Made by a program: the position numbers and the translations under genes. Positions 1 through 13,874 of a DNA stretch of 64,000 bases are shown here, in pieces. Each line of letters starts with the position of its first letter. Positions within the stretch are counted from its first letter, which is position 1. Origin of the DNA: Eledone cirrhosa (Eukaryota); NCBI GenBank assembly GCA_964016885.1, contig OZ024741.1, positions 384,214,001 to 384,278,000 on the forward strand, written 5' to 3'. The notes under the pieces are model-generated. The model had not been told where the DNA came from and made no database searches. It saw only the letters and a list, made by a program, of their open reading frames with translations.

Positions 1-540
1 TGGATATGTACTACCTTCTAGTCCATACAATCTATACGCTCAGATCTTCTACTGAGAAATAGAAGACATGCCAGAAGTGCCAATAGGAGATTTGAACATC
101 AACAATTTTAGTTATACAATCGATACTACCGTCATACCTTTCAACAGAGATGGTGTATAGAATCGTGTAACTATTGTAAATTGTAAAGGAATTCTCTACG
201 GAAGGACAATAAATGCAAAAAACAGACAAAATCAATGATACTCAGTCAGAAACAGCAGCCATCTAAAATAAATTTAACAATCGAAAGAAGCTGTAATGGG
301 GGAAAGGCAGGTGAACAAACAACAACGATAATATACCTGTGATATATGCAATAAGAAAACTGTCAAGCATACTAATTTCAAAAAACATTAATAAATGTTA
401 AGCATGATTCTCTCTACTTTACGGAGCTGAAACATGGACATTACCCGATATAATGTAAACTGGGACATTTTAGAATTATCTGTATTGACCATGGACAAAA
501 TATAGCACAGATGACTGAATACAAACTAAAGAGGCTTTGT
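1..540 (+). pseudogene. Degenerate RTE-type LINE reverse-transcriptase 3' remnant
   Basis: ctactttacggagctgaaacatggacatta (~413-443) reads LLYGAETWTL, a motif typical of the RTE-clade RT C-terminal region. The surrounding sequence has stops and frameshifts. Confidence 0.5.
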
Positions 541-691
541 AGGCGTCCGATCCTATATCAATTCAGGTGTTGTAAAATCAAAAAAAAATTCTAAATTATC
601 AACATTTATTCCTTACTATTAACGCGCTGTGAATATAACTTCTGTTACGAAACCTAATGCAGAGTTAGCAATATACGTTATTAAGGTCAAA

Positions 692-870
692 AGCGGTGGA
701 TTGGCAGGGTCGGACGCCATGCTTTGCCACATAGAGTTACGCCCCTTTACGTTCTGAGTTTAAATCCCGCTGAGGTTAACTTTGCCTTTCATGCTTACGG
801 GGTCAATAAAATAAAGTACCAGTAATACACTGTGATAATTGCTGGCCTTGTGCCAACAGTAGAAACAGTT
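692..870 (+). mobile_element. tRNA-derived SINE (octopod OR/OK-like family)
   Basis: gcggtggattggcag...gagtttaaatccc (B-box-like)...ttaactttgcctttcat...ggggtcaataaaataaagtaccagt. Flanked by the direct repeat gttattaaggt (TSD-like). Many copies in the window. Confidence 0.75.
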
Positions 871-1177
871 ATTAAGGTAAACTTTATCTTTCATCTTTCT
901 TAGGTCGATAAAATAAAGTATCAACATCAAGTACTGGAATCGATTTAATCAACTCTCCCCTCTTGCCAGCCAAATAAAATTGCTGAACATGCAGTTAAGT
1001 AGGTCAACAATAATGTAGACTTCTAACATAGACACATGTTCATAACGCTATCCAACGATTGACAAACATTGTTCATAAATGAGAGTCGTACAAGTTGAAC
1101 ACCTTCTTGTCCGTCTTAATCCTTACAACACATACGACACGCAACAAAATTATGACATGAACAATTTGTGTACAATA

Positions 1178-1356
1178 TGGTGAATTGGCAGTATCGGTAG
1201 AGGGTCGGACGGCATGTTTTGACGCATAGAGTTACGGCCCTTGCCATTCTGAGTTCAAATCCCATCGAGGTTAACTTTGCATTTCATCCTAATGGGGGTC
1301 GATAAAATAAAATACACTGGGATAATTTCTAGCCTTGTGCCTATTGTAGAAACAAA
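1178..1356 (+). mobile_element. tRNA-derived SINE, same family
   Basis: Co-linear with 692-870 and 30165-30560; contains the gagttcaaatccc B box. Confidence 0.75.
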
Positions 1357-3599
1357 TATTATAAATATTTTTTTTTAGAAATGTTTTAATTGTAAAAAGG
1401 TCAAACCGATGGAAATGTGTAGATAAGATAGCTTAAATCTGATAAATTCTGTATTTCGTATACCGGTTTTAATGCAGATTTTTGACTATTTTAGGGAAAG
1501 AGTATTGCCGATCAAATCAACCTCACCTGACATTACATAATTGATAATTATTTTATGAAACTTAAGTGGCCAGGCCGAGATTCTGCTTGCTACTGATACC
1601 ATGTAACCCAGTACAACCTACTTGATAGTCGAGTAGTCGGTGATTACACCTCCCCCCTCCAGACCCTTGTCTGATGAAGAGGGTAAGTGGAACCCCAGCA
1701 GGTCAAAAAATAACAAGAGCTGTTAAAATGGTGGATGAACTCCTCAGAGCCAACGACTTTTCACCCCAACTATGGGTTAAATAGCCTCACCAACCCACAA
1801 TTGGCCAGGCATGGTGTGTACGGTTAAACCCCTGACATGACCAAAGCCAAACAGGAAGTGATGGAAGTCAACCAGAGAGGAGTTCCTCCAGCAGGAGTTG
1901 AAAGGCTCTGGATTGGATTGGAAGTGGACAAAAAATAATTCTGGCCTTAATACTGAGGATAATCAGGAAGGTAACAAGTTTAGTTCAGAACCACATGGTC
2001 TCGGGTCCGAATTTACTGCGTGGCAAGTTGGCAAGGGCTTTTGTTACCATATTATCGGGTCTACAAAGGCCTTATAAGTGAAATTGGGTAGACGGAAACT
2101 GGGCACAAACCCACACTTGTTCTTATTAATCTTTTGCCTGGTTTAAAGCTACAACTTGTCTTCTGTGTGTCTTTAAGCGGAATCAATTTCGCTGTAAACA
2201 TTCGAACCAGGCTTCCGATTTGAAGATAACTATAAGTTCTGATGCACTTCTTCTTACAGAAGAAACAATTGGTTCATACTTTTCGTTCTCCTTTGACATC
2301 CCAAAATCTCACCACATCAGTCTTGGCGGTCCTACAAGCTCATGGGCACAACTCTTCATCCTCTGTCTAAGCCATAAAAAACATCAACGATCCCAAAACT
2401 CCCTTTCCGTATTTAAGCTCCCCTTTCATTATGTTTCACCATGGGTTTGCACTTGGAAAGTTCTTCTCGAAAGTGTTAGTCTTTGCATTGTTTTCGTTTT
2501 CTTTTGTAGGAGATGAGTTGTCGTCTATATATACACGTCACCCAACTCCACGCCATTGATGTTATCCAAAGGAAAAGCTTTGTATCAATGTAATCGCAGG
2601 TGGACTTAGAACGTAAAGAACTGAAATCGATATGACTTCGTAATAAAAAGCAAAGATGACCTCCTGATCGATATTTAGAACTCAGAGCACAGAGAGCTGG
2701 AACAAATTCCGTGAAGTCAATTTCTTACCATCTTTCTACACCGATCACTTTTTGAGATATCACAAAAATAAAATTGTCAAATCCCAATATAATTTGAAGC
2801 AAAAAATTGCCCTTTGTTTGCAATTCTAACTGCCAATATATTTTTCTAAAAACATTTTCAATAAATTAGTGATCTGCAAGAAGAAAATCTACATTGAGCG
2901 GATGTTTTGACAGGTTACAAAATTATAAGCCGAATTTTAGGTGAAATGTTTTATTTCCATTTAACAGCAATTTGAAATTTTATGTTATATTAGTTTTATT
3001 TGACAAATGTATTTATAGCATTATATTTGTGAATTATATAAATATGCGTTTGTATGTATGTGTGTATAGGTCTCTCTCTCTCTCTCTCTCACTCTCTTTC
3101 TTTCTCTCTCTCTCTATCTGTATATGTATATATATTTTTTTCCTATATATATACATATCACAGAAAAAAGAGAATCAGTTTTGCGACGAAAAGAATTTAT
3201 TGGACATATTACAAATGTTTCTCGGGCGACCAGCTCGAGGCACGATCGGTATGGTGATCACACCTGACTCTGAAATCAACACGATCGTCAGATACGTCTC
3301 GATTCTACAAAGCAGATTTTCCTATAGTCTTTTAACATCGAATTTCTTCGTTTATTGATTTAGATCCTGTCGTTATTCTATGAGTGGTCAAGAATTGTAC
3401 ACGTCATCGGTATTTCTAGCCACTCATTGTTGCCCACTTCTTGCTTCCTTTCGTTCTCCACCAGTCAATCAAAATTTCTTCATGTATCAGAATTACTACT
3501 GTGGTGGGAGAGGGGATGTAATCTTGAACGGCTGGCGTCACTTGGACGTCTTCATTGCCCCTAGGTGCCTTAGTCTACATCGGCCAGGTACACACCCGC

Positions 3600-6478
3600 A
3601 AATATGCTGTATGCGGCATTCATCATAAATAATGTTTTGCGGGAATTTAAAAAAAAAAAAAAATCATGGGGATATTTAGCGTAACATTTTTAGGACACAG
3701 CCTTAGGATATACTCCACCATACATATTTCAAAAAGAAAAAGAAAAAGGAAAAGAAAGAACCTGTAGCAAGAACGTTTTTTAAAAAACGTTTTTAAAAGA
3801 AAGCTTTCAACAGCCATTCAAACGGAAGGGCTATATCAAAGGTGTTTTCAACAAATAGACCCCATTCTACACTCACACACTGGACTCAGGGGAGCGTGCA
3901 TAGCCAAGACGCCGCACACATATATAGGCAGATGAGAAAAGAAAAATCCATAGATAGTCATCCGTACGCCCACGCATACATGCTGAGACAAATACATCAA
4001 CCCATGCATGCACACACGCGTGCTCATGCATGTCTGTGTGGGGACATATACATACACGCAACCGCGTGCTCCCACACCGGATGTATATATTTTATGAGTA
4101 GCCCCATCCGTCCACCCACGCGCCGCTGTGCAGATGGTGCACACAGTATTGTATGAGACAACGCATTTTAGGCCTTGACTTAACCTGATCACGTGGCGGT
4201 GTGAGTCTGAGGGTGTCTGCACAATATGCCTAAATGTTACGGCAGCACAATATCCCTGCACTAATCGCATATAGCGTGGGTGGCACATATATAAAAAAAA
4301 AACCTGTATGTACATAACATAAAATAATGAAGTTGTATACAATAATAAAATAAAATAAGATAAACTACAATAAAATAAAATGCTGGAAAAAGAGAATCCA
4401 TACATGACAAGGATGCAGAGGGGGACCAGGCATTATCGAGGTGTGCTTAAAGTTTCATACGATAGTTGGAGGCTGTGGTGCAAATGTTTATATGATATAC
4501 ATGGGGACTGGTGGGCTAAGGCACTGGGTGGGAGCCTGCGCATGATGCAGGTCTCGTTGCTTGTGGATAGGTGTAGGCCATGTGCGTGCACAAACAAGTT
4601 ATATATATATTGTGGTTATGTGTAACATCTATTTCATAAAAGTATATATGAGATGTGCATGGGTTTGGTGTATACATGGATTATAAAGGGTATATGCTTC
4701 ATAACAATATATATGGAATGCACGTGGAGTGTATGTATGATGAAATGCGTTGTGTGCGTGTGTATATCGGCGGCATGGAACGACAAAATTAAAACTTGAA
4801 ATCAAAATCAAAATTAAAATTAAAATTAACATCAACATTACAATTAACTGCAATATTAACCTTAAGACCAGCCTTCAGTCCATCATCCAAGTAGCGGATT
4901 AAGCACCGCGAATCGAATATCGGAAATCAACAATTTAAAAATTTAAGTTTGAAAATTTAGAAATTTGAAAATTTAAAACCACACATTTGTAGACCCAATC
5001 CTACTTGTAATGAGTCGGCGTCCGCAAATTGGTGTGGTGGTGATATTAAGGTGTTCTACGAGGTGGGCAACGTTTGAAGTGTCACTGCTATCAGCTTGTT
5101 CTGTCATGCATTCATAGATATGCAATGTTCTATGGTGGTCCGCTGCATGCGCTCCACCTGGTGTTGCGATGCCGGTGGTGTGCTATGCAGATCGATCCGG
5201 TATCTCTAGGGCGAAGAGTGTGCATTTACGTTGATGTCTGCATGCCATGATTATTTCAGACTTGAGGTTGACTGCGTCGCCCTTAAGTTTTATTATATCT
5301 ATAGCCTCGGACAGGCATAACTTGCACTTCCTGTCTCCGGCCGATTACGCATTCGCATGCTGTACAATACCCCAGCTGAGGTCGTATTCAATGCCACTGT
5401 CTTTGGCTCTCCATACTAAGTTCGCCAATCTGATGGAATGTCTCTTGTTCCTGTCCTTGAACGAGCTCTTGCGGTTGTATATGCTCGACTTAAAAGTCGT
5501 GGATGTAGCTCCGATGTATGTGTGCCTATCATTATGCGTGGTAACCACATATCTGTATACAACGCCCTTAGTCAGGCACATTCCCTGCAAGGGGAACTCC
5601 TCACGGAGACGGCAGTTACATGTCCGTGCATCATTTTTACAACTCCGGTTACGTGGTCCTGGCGTCTTTTTTGTGTTCTCACCGGTCCTCGAATGGTGCT
5701 CCGGCGGAGTGGTGGACTGAATGTTCACCACCAGCTGGTCGCTGCTTACAGGTCTGGGGCCCTCCGCAGCCGCGGGTCTGCCCCCAAGCACGTCCCCAGA
5801 ACCATCAGCCACTTCCGCGTGCTCTCCCCGCAACCCCCCCGTGGGCCTGGTGCCTGATCGTTGCGCCCATGAGGTGTCCTCAATTTCAACGCGTTGGTCC
5901 TGGCTATGTAGTCCGCCATGTTGGGTGCCGTAGAAAATGAGAACTTCACGGTGTGCCGATTGAAAGTTTTGTGGTACCTGTGTGAAGCCGGGAAACATTC
6001 GTCCAATGCCCTAAAGAAGTTAGTGCGTACATGCTTCGAGTACGGTGCATTAAACCATGTGACGTTTCTAGATCTATTTCTATTTCGTCGTCTGCTACTA
6101 GTGGTGCTTGCATTATCAAGCTGCTCTCTCGGGTTAAGCCCTACTCCTAATTGACCCCCCATACTATCCCTATGCATAGAACTGTTACTTAAGTCTGTGG
6201 AATGGCCTTCGCTCGCTAAGTTGTTCTGGGCACAGTTTCTAGCCCTATTTCCCGTATCTGTCCTGCTACCCGAGTATCCTGGCGTATCATTGCTGGTATT
6301 CTTAGTCTTGTAATAACCCCTAGAGATCCGGGCTGTGTTATCTACTTCACTATTTATGGTTTGCCCGTCCTGGCCCGTGGAGTTACTACTGTTCAGTCCG
6401 TATGTACATGTTTGTGTATATTTTAATTATTTAAAAATTATTTTCAAGTGAACGTGACGCAACCGGTCACGGGTGGTC
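3600..6478 (-). mobile_element. 5'-truncated Penelope-like element (Naiad-like): GIY-YIG endonuclease pseudogene (~5200-6400) plus long 3' region
   Basis: Minus-strand ORFs 5746-6177 (RNVTWFNAPYS, FPASHRYHKTFNRHTVKFSFS) and 5345-5998 (CNCR..FPLQGMCL, GVVYRY..HTYIGATSTTFKS, LANLVW), continuing CKLCLSE..CRH. Frameshifted. The extent of the 3' UTR is approximate. Confidence 0.8.
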
Positions 6479-6600
6479 TTATATATATATAAATATATAT
6501 ATATTTGTGTGTGTGTGTATGGGAAAAGAGTGAAGACCCCGACGGCTGAGCTCCAGCCGTTTCGAAAGCGAGATCCGAACTAAGCCAGCATATATATATA

Positions 6601-6682
<82 letters not shown>

Positions 6683-6804
6683 TAAAAAAATAATGAATAA
6701 AACAATGAAACAGTTCCTTATATTAAACAAAAAAAGTTCATTATTTAACGATCGTTTCTAGGATATATATGTGTTAGAATTGGCATGCATATGGTAGATT
6801 TATC

Positions 6805-6863
<59 letters not shown>

Positions 6864-7007
6864 ATACTTGGGGAGGGTCATATTTGTGTAATAATATTGC
6901 CAGAATTAATAACAGAACACACTCACTGTTTGGTTGGTTTTCGCTTCTGTGTCTTTTATATCGGTTAATTTAATTTATTCGATCCTCAATGTTACCATTA
7001 ATCGCAG

Positions 7008-7073
<66 letters not shown>

Positions 7074-7204
7074 TTCTACAGGACTAGAACTGTTTCATTC
7101 TTTCATTCAACGGAATAACGTATATATATATATATATATATATAATCTAATCTAGCCGAGTTTACAGTCGCAAATAAGAAGAACCAGAGCCGCCCCTAGG
7201 AGCA

Positions 7205-7512
7205 TTGGTTTAGTGTACTTCATATTTGTTTCGGTTGCTGAATACAATCGCTGCTTCTCCTGAAGCATTGATCACCTGCAAAGCCGCATTGTTCTCAGAA
7301 CTACAACACCAGTCTTTCGATGAGTGCAGCTGGAACTACTGCCACCCATTGATTTTTCAGGATCGCAACTCATTTCTACAGCTGAGCAAACTGGAGCAAC
7401 GGGAAATAAAGTGTCTTGCTCAAGGACACAACACATCACCCGGTCCGAAAATCGAACTCACAAACTTTCAATTGCAAACCCAATGCTCTAACCACTAATG
7501 CATGCGCCTTCA
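7205..7512 (-). mobile_element. tRNA-derived SINE (second family)
   Basis: Reverse strand reads a tRNA-like head (tagtggttagagc...gagttcgatt) followed by gtgtccttgagcaagacactttat. A related core lies at ~7715-7900 (+). Confidence 0.65.
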
Positions 7513-8182
7513 CTTATATATATATGCGTATTTTGAAAGTCTGGTACGTTATTGTAAGCGACTATAACGCAAGCTTAACCATAAAATAGTCGATGAAGTT
7601 GGCTCCTGGATTTATGTGCTCAACTTGTTCAACTATTTTATGGTTAAACCTGCCTTATGGCAGCCTACAATAAGCTAACATATTTTCAGAATTCAAATTT
7701 ACTCATCGCTTCGTAAAACCTTGAGCAAGGCACTTTATTCCACATTGATCCAGGCCATTCAGATAGAAAATATTAATTGCACCTGTAGTTCAAAAGGCCA
7801 GGTTTACCACATACTTCTTCACGCTTAATTGCCCTGGGAACTACTTCAAGGATGCACATTTCTGTGGAATGCCGTTTAAGTATTCGAACGATTGAAAAAT
7901 TTGCAGTCAGAACTAACAGCAGAACAACATATCTCACACACATATATCTGCGAGTGCGTGTATGTGTGTGTGTGTATGTGTATGTGTGTGTGTGTGTGTG
8001 TGCGTGTGCATGTACGTGTGTGTATGTATATATATGTATATAAAAATGGCTAACGGAATACGCACGTGTGTTTTTTCTTACTTTTTCTCTGTTCCTTCCT
8101 CATTTCACTCTTTATCTTTCTATTTCATTTTCTGTCTAACTCTGTACTGTGTCATTTGCTTTGTTATTTCTGTTTGTGTTTT

Positions 8183-8214
<32 letters not shown>

Positions 8215-8278
8215 GAAATCGTGTGTTGAAACAAATATTATACTTAGGGGAGGGTCATGTTATAATATTGACTAGAAA

Positions 8279-11200
8279 TCTCTTCTCTATATATATAAAA
8301 CTGAAGATGTCTGTCTGTGTGTGTGTATGACGTTTATGCATTTCTCTACCGATTTCTCTACCACATTTCTCTACAGATTTTGATGATTTTTTTTTCAATG
8401 TGCTCCAAATTTACCGACGATGGCCAACGCGACATAAACTTTGCCAAAAAATGTCCTGCTTCTATGAAAAAAATCGATAAAACTAAATCATATTCTAACT
8501 CTCTCTTGCCGCCTCAACTGTTGCGTCACATGTTGGTAAGGACGAAGGGCAGCGTTCCAGACGCCGACGTACGGACGCCGCTACTTTAATCTCAACAAAG
8601 ACATATTTTGTTGTTGTCCTTTCTGTAATTTTTTCTTCTTTCTTTTTAGCAATATGAGAAAAAAAAGTAATATAAATATTCTGATAAAAAGAAATAGCGA
8701 GAAAACTTTTTTCAGGAACGTCCGATTTTGATGATTTTTTGTTTCCAGTGTGCTCCAAATTATCGCCCCTGTTTACGCTCTTTTGTGCTATAACTCAGAG
8801 GTGCTTGGCTTACAGGTTTGACCTACTATTTGACGTGCATTCTTGCTACAACTTACTTAGTACTCACTTTCCACTTATTCACTGTTCAATTGAAATTTTT
8901 CGCTACCCCCTTTTTTGCTCTATTACCTGCATAAATATTTACGTGTTCGGTTTAATTAGTACTTCCTGTTTCCTTTTTAAACTTACTTTTAAAACATACT
9001 TTGACACTACGGTCATGCCCCCTAAGAAAAGACCACGGCTTAGTCGCCAAACTAAAGCTGCTTCTGGTGCCAAACGAAGAAGAGCTACAGAGTCGTCCCT
9101 CGAGAATTTGACTCGGTTGTCACAAAATGCAACTCGAAATGCAATTACCCGGTCAACCGAGACAGAAGAACAGAGGAGCATTCGCCTTTCCGGGAATGCA
9201 TTTCTAATTGCAGTTGCACGTGCAGCGCAAACTGATGAACAATATTCTCGACGACGAAGCAAAAATGCTGCCTCCACTGCTGCGGCGCGTGCTGGTGAGG
9301 ACGAAGAACAGCGCTCCAGACGACGAGGAAGAGATGTCGCCTCAACTGCTGCGTCACGTGCTGGTGAGGACGAAGGGCAGTGTTCCAGACGCTGACGTAC
9401 GGATGCCGCTTCAACCGCTTCTGTGCGCGCGTCAGAGACTGCACAAATTCTATTACACAGACTAAACGCCAATGCACTCCGCAGTAGTGCTCAACGAGGT
9501 ACTCCGAGGATCAGTTGTACTCAGTAGTCTCATGAGGCTTTCCACTATGACCCTACAGTTAACTACGCACTGTTGCCAGAAGTTCAGATTGGATCCATGT
9601 CCGTCATTTACCAATCTTGCCGGGCAAAAAAATGGCCTGGGGAGACTTCAGGGATGTGCTGCTCTGACGGCAAAGTGAAACTGCCTCCTCTACAGGAACC
9701 ACCACAACCTTTGAAGTCTCTACTAACCGGTGCCACAGCGGAGTCGGAACACTTCCTTCAATGTTCCAGGAGTTACAATGCTGCCTTCCAAATGACCTCT
9801 TTCAGAGCTAGCATCATACGGGAGGACGGCTTCATGCCTACCTTTAAAGTTCAAGGACAAATTTACCACAGGATCGGTTCGCTCCTGCCTAGGACAGACG
9901 GAGAGCCCCAGTTCCCACAGCTATACTTTGTCACTGACTATTTGGACCAAGCGGAAGGACGCGCTTTAATTTCGCCTGGCACAGACATGAAAATTCTGTT
10001 GGAAGTTCAGAGAATGCTGCACGAAAACAACAACTATATTTGCAGTTTTAAATGCACATTGGAGGCCGCTCCGGCGCCAAATGTTGCTGTTATAATCGAC
10101 ACTGACAGGAAACCACCAGGCACCCACGCCGGCCGTTTTAATGCTCCCACGTTCAATGAAATAGCTGTGCTTCTTCATGGAAAACAGTACAACAAGCGGG
10201 ACATCATACTTCAGTAGAAGGACAACACTCTGCAAAGGATCAGCGAGACGCATAGGTCCTACGACACATTCCAATAGCCCCTTCTTTTCCCATTCGGTGA
10301 CAACGGATACCACTTTGGAATTCCTTTGTGCAACAGCAATAAAACTGTTTCCTGTATGCAATTCAACGCCTACCGATTCATGGTCCGCGAAGGCTGCTTT
10401 AACCACCTTCACCGTGCAAGAGTACTCTTCAACCAGCTTGCTGTTGATGCGTGCGCAAAGATGGAATCTGAAAGGCTGTGCTACATAAGGAAAAATCAAT
10501 CACGCCTTCGTTCGGACAGCTACATTCACTTACGGGATGGAGTAAGGAATGACGTCGATCCTGAGAACCTAGGAAAACATTGTATGCTTCCGTCTATGTT
10601 TATTGGGAGTCCCCGATACATGAGTGAACGCACACAGGATGCTATGACTTACATGCGTCTCTACCGCCGACCGGATCTCTTCATCACTTTAACTTGCAAC
10701 CCTAAGTGGACTGAAATTACCGCGGAATTATTCCCCGGACAAAGGGCGTCAGACAGATGCGACCTTACGGCACAAGTCTTCCACTTGAAATTGACAAAAC
10801 GTATTGAACTCATACAATCAGGTAAGGCATTGGGACCTGTTAGGTGCTACGTATACACCGTTGAGTGGCAAAAGAGAGGCCTGCCACACGCCCATCTACT
10901 CAGTTGGCTAATAACGAAAATCAATGCAACCAGCATTGACGGCATTATTTCAGCAGAAATACCCGACCCGAAATTGGACAGAGAACTCCACAACATCGTC
11001 ACTGCTCACATGGTTCACGGGCCATGCGGAAACGGTTTCAACATGAATACGCCATGCATTAAAGAAAGAAGGTGCACCAAGAGGTAGCCAAGGCCATTCC
11101 TCCGAGAAACTCAGACAGGTGGCGAATTCCTCAATTCCTTGGACCTCTCCGGACTGCCACCTCATGAACTGCGCCTCAAAGTTGGGGATCCAGTGATCCT

Positions 11201-12003
11201 GGAAACATGGCGTCTCTGCAATGGAACACGGTTAGTGGTAAGAAACCTCCTGCCGCATGTAATTGAAGCCACAATTCTGACGGGCTGCGGCACTGGAATA
11301 AACGACTTTATACCCAGAATACCATTAACTCCATCAGATAAGAAATGCCCCTGTACTCTGCGCCGACTTCAATTCCCCGTTAAACTTTGCTTCGCGATGT
11401 CAATCAACAAGTCCCAAGGACAAACGCTAACAAAGGCAGGCCTCCATTTAGGCCAGCCGTGCTTCTCACACGGCCAATTATACGTCGAATGCTCAAGAGT
11501 CGGATGCAAGCAGAACTTAATCATACTTGCGCCCAAAGGCAGAAAAATGTGGTTTACAGACAGGTGTTATGACTCCTCTATTCAGCACCACTACAGTCTT
11601 GTCGGTCTGACATATGGTGAGTAGATGCTTTTATTGTATATTTTCAAACTTACCCGTATTTACTTACCCATGCTTATTCCCCCTCTTTCCTCCATAGGGC
11701 ATCCAATCTGTTTTCACAGAGCAAGAACCTGCGAACGTTTTACACCCCATTCCAGGACTTCCTAGCAAATTGTTACCATTGTGAGAACGATAACACGGCC
11801 CTTTTCTCGGCCACCTCACATTCAATTGTTACCCCCTTCTGAGAGTGCTGCAAAGCCCTTTGCAGGACTTTCTATCCCGTTGCAAATCTATTGGTTGGAC
11901 GGGAACTTATATCAATCTTTGCCTCAATAATCATAATTGAGTGGAATCATTAAGAGTACTTTAAAGCAATTAAACCCCGAGCAACGCCGGGCACTGCTGC
12001 TAG
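8279..12003 (+). mobile_element. Helitron (internally deleted)
   Basis: 5' TC at 8279 after host A; subterminal hairpin cccgagcaacgccggg (~11976-11991); 3' CTAG at 12000-12003 followed by host T. It splits a copy of the PLE terminal repeat (8235-8278 | 12004-12135). Confidence 0.9.
9015..11572 (+). pseudogene. Helitron Rep/Helicase pseudogene
   Basis: CCSDGKVKLP zinc motif, YNAAFQMTSF, PDLFITLTCNPKW, VEWQKRGLPHAH (HUH Rep). At ~11120 it jumps to the helicase C-terminus (LCNGTRL, RRLQFPVKLCFAMSINKSQGQT). Several stops; most of the helicase is deleted. Confidence 0.9.
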
Positions 12004-13373
12004 TATATAATAAAACACAACGACTGTTTGGTTCGGGTTGGTTTTCGCTTCCGGAAGCGAAAACCAAACAGTGAGTGTGTTTTATTATTTATTTCTGGCA
12101 ATATTATAACAACATGACTCTCCCATAAATATAACTATATCAGCTCCTTCTTCCAGTATCGGTCCATCGAAAGGTGTCAAGCAGCATTGATCCTATAGGG
12201 AATGTCCGAGTTTTTTGTTCATTCAGTAACACGATTTTCCGCATTACCATGCCGCTTTATCATAATCATTATGGTGCTTTAACCACTTCCAACACATATA
12301 TAGCTATACATAGCATATTGGCTGCATCTCAGTTTCGAGTATTGCGATCCCTTGACCTTTTTTTCATACATGGGTGGCATGAACATGAATTTTTAACTCT
12401 GCGAACGACTTAGATTCTTTTTTGCATATGCTGTAGTGAAAGAAAAAAGAAAAGGCCATGCTCACGCAACACACGTGAAAGTCATTTAGATCATGTGATG
12501 CCTGTGCTTAAAATTTTTTTATGTGAAAAAAGGCCTTGCACTAAACCAATCCCACTCTCGGAACAACGGTGACAGGTATCAAAAAAGAAGATCAGATCAA
12601 CATCATTGGTTACCATCGACTTTCAGATTTTGCATCAGGGTTTCTTTCTCCTAGAATTATGTTACATTCTTTTCAGTTTGAGTTCAATTACAGCCAAGGT
12701 CAACTTTGCATGTTAAACTGGATATCGAACAAATAAACTACCAATACTGTAGCCAATTTAATCCCGAGGTCAACGTATTCTGTCTGTCATTTTTACATGG
12801 TTGAAAGGTAAAATACCAGTGTGGGGCGCCAGATTGATGCAATTCTTGTGTGATTTCTTTCAGTTGTTTGTGTTCTGACTTCAAATACTGACGTGGCCTT
12901 CTTTGTTTCTAAACTTAATCTGTAACCTAGTTTAACACCACCACCTGGCCTTCGTGTATCTTTAACAGAGCCCAGTTTGTTGCTAGCATTCGGGTCGAGT
13001 CTGGTGAATCGCCTTTCCCTTCTATATAAAGAGAAAGGAAGTAAAAGAAAGAATCCGATCGTCCGATATGAACAAGGAAACAACGATTCTATTGGTCTTT
13101 CCATTGTTAAAACTATCTTCCACACTCAGCGAAAGATAAAAAGGTTCCAGCAGAACAGTTTTAAATGACCTATCTTTCGCTTCAAAATTGCAATGGATAA
13201 ATGTTGCTTTTGCTATGTAGTGTGTTGTCAAATTATTTAACTTGATCTGGTAAACTGTTGCATGGAAAGATTAGGAACAATTTTGATTTCACACTTTAGC
13301 AATAAAAAGGTTGTCTCTGAAGAAGGTCAATGTTGAATTATGCAACAGTACCTAATTAAATGTCACATCTTCT

Positions 13374-13443
<70 letters not shown>

Positions 13444-13667
13444 ATATATATATCTATGAATGTATGTGCGTGTGTGTATGTGTCTCTGTGTGTGTGTATG
13501 TGTGCGTATGTACATGAGTGTGTGTATAAAAAAAGAACGAAATAGCGATAGGAAAAGTGTTTCACGTGCGTGACGTGCCTTTATATATTCATGCGTAATC
13601 TTTTTTTAATATATGTACATATACATACATACACATACACACACACACACACATACACACACACATG

Positions 13668-13726
<59 letters not shown>

Positions 13727-13874
13727 GTATATACATATATATATATACACAATTGCACATGCATACATACATAATTTATATATACATACACACATACACA
13801 CACACATACATACATACATACATACATACATACATACATACATACATACATACATACATACATACATACATACA

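Noticed and set aside
692-870. tRNA gene
   Set aside because: A/B-box-like head only, followed by a SINE body and flanking direct repeats; no cloverleaf.
1670-1720. CTGATGA motif
   Set aside because: No downstream GAAA or stem III, so it is not a hammerhead; probably part of an old retroelement 5' region.
2200-2520. Coding-like, microsatellite-free stretch
   Set aside because: Multiple stops; at most a decayed transposon fragment that I cannot assign.
3161-3290. Possible host exon after a pyrimidine tract and cag
   Set aside because: No recognisable protein and no partner exons; it cannot be supported without transcript data.
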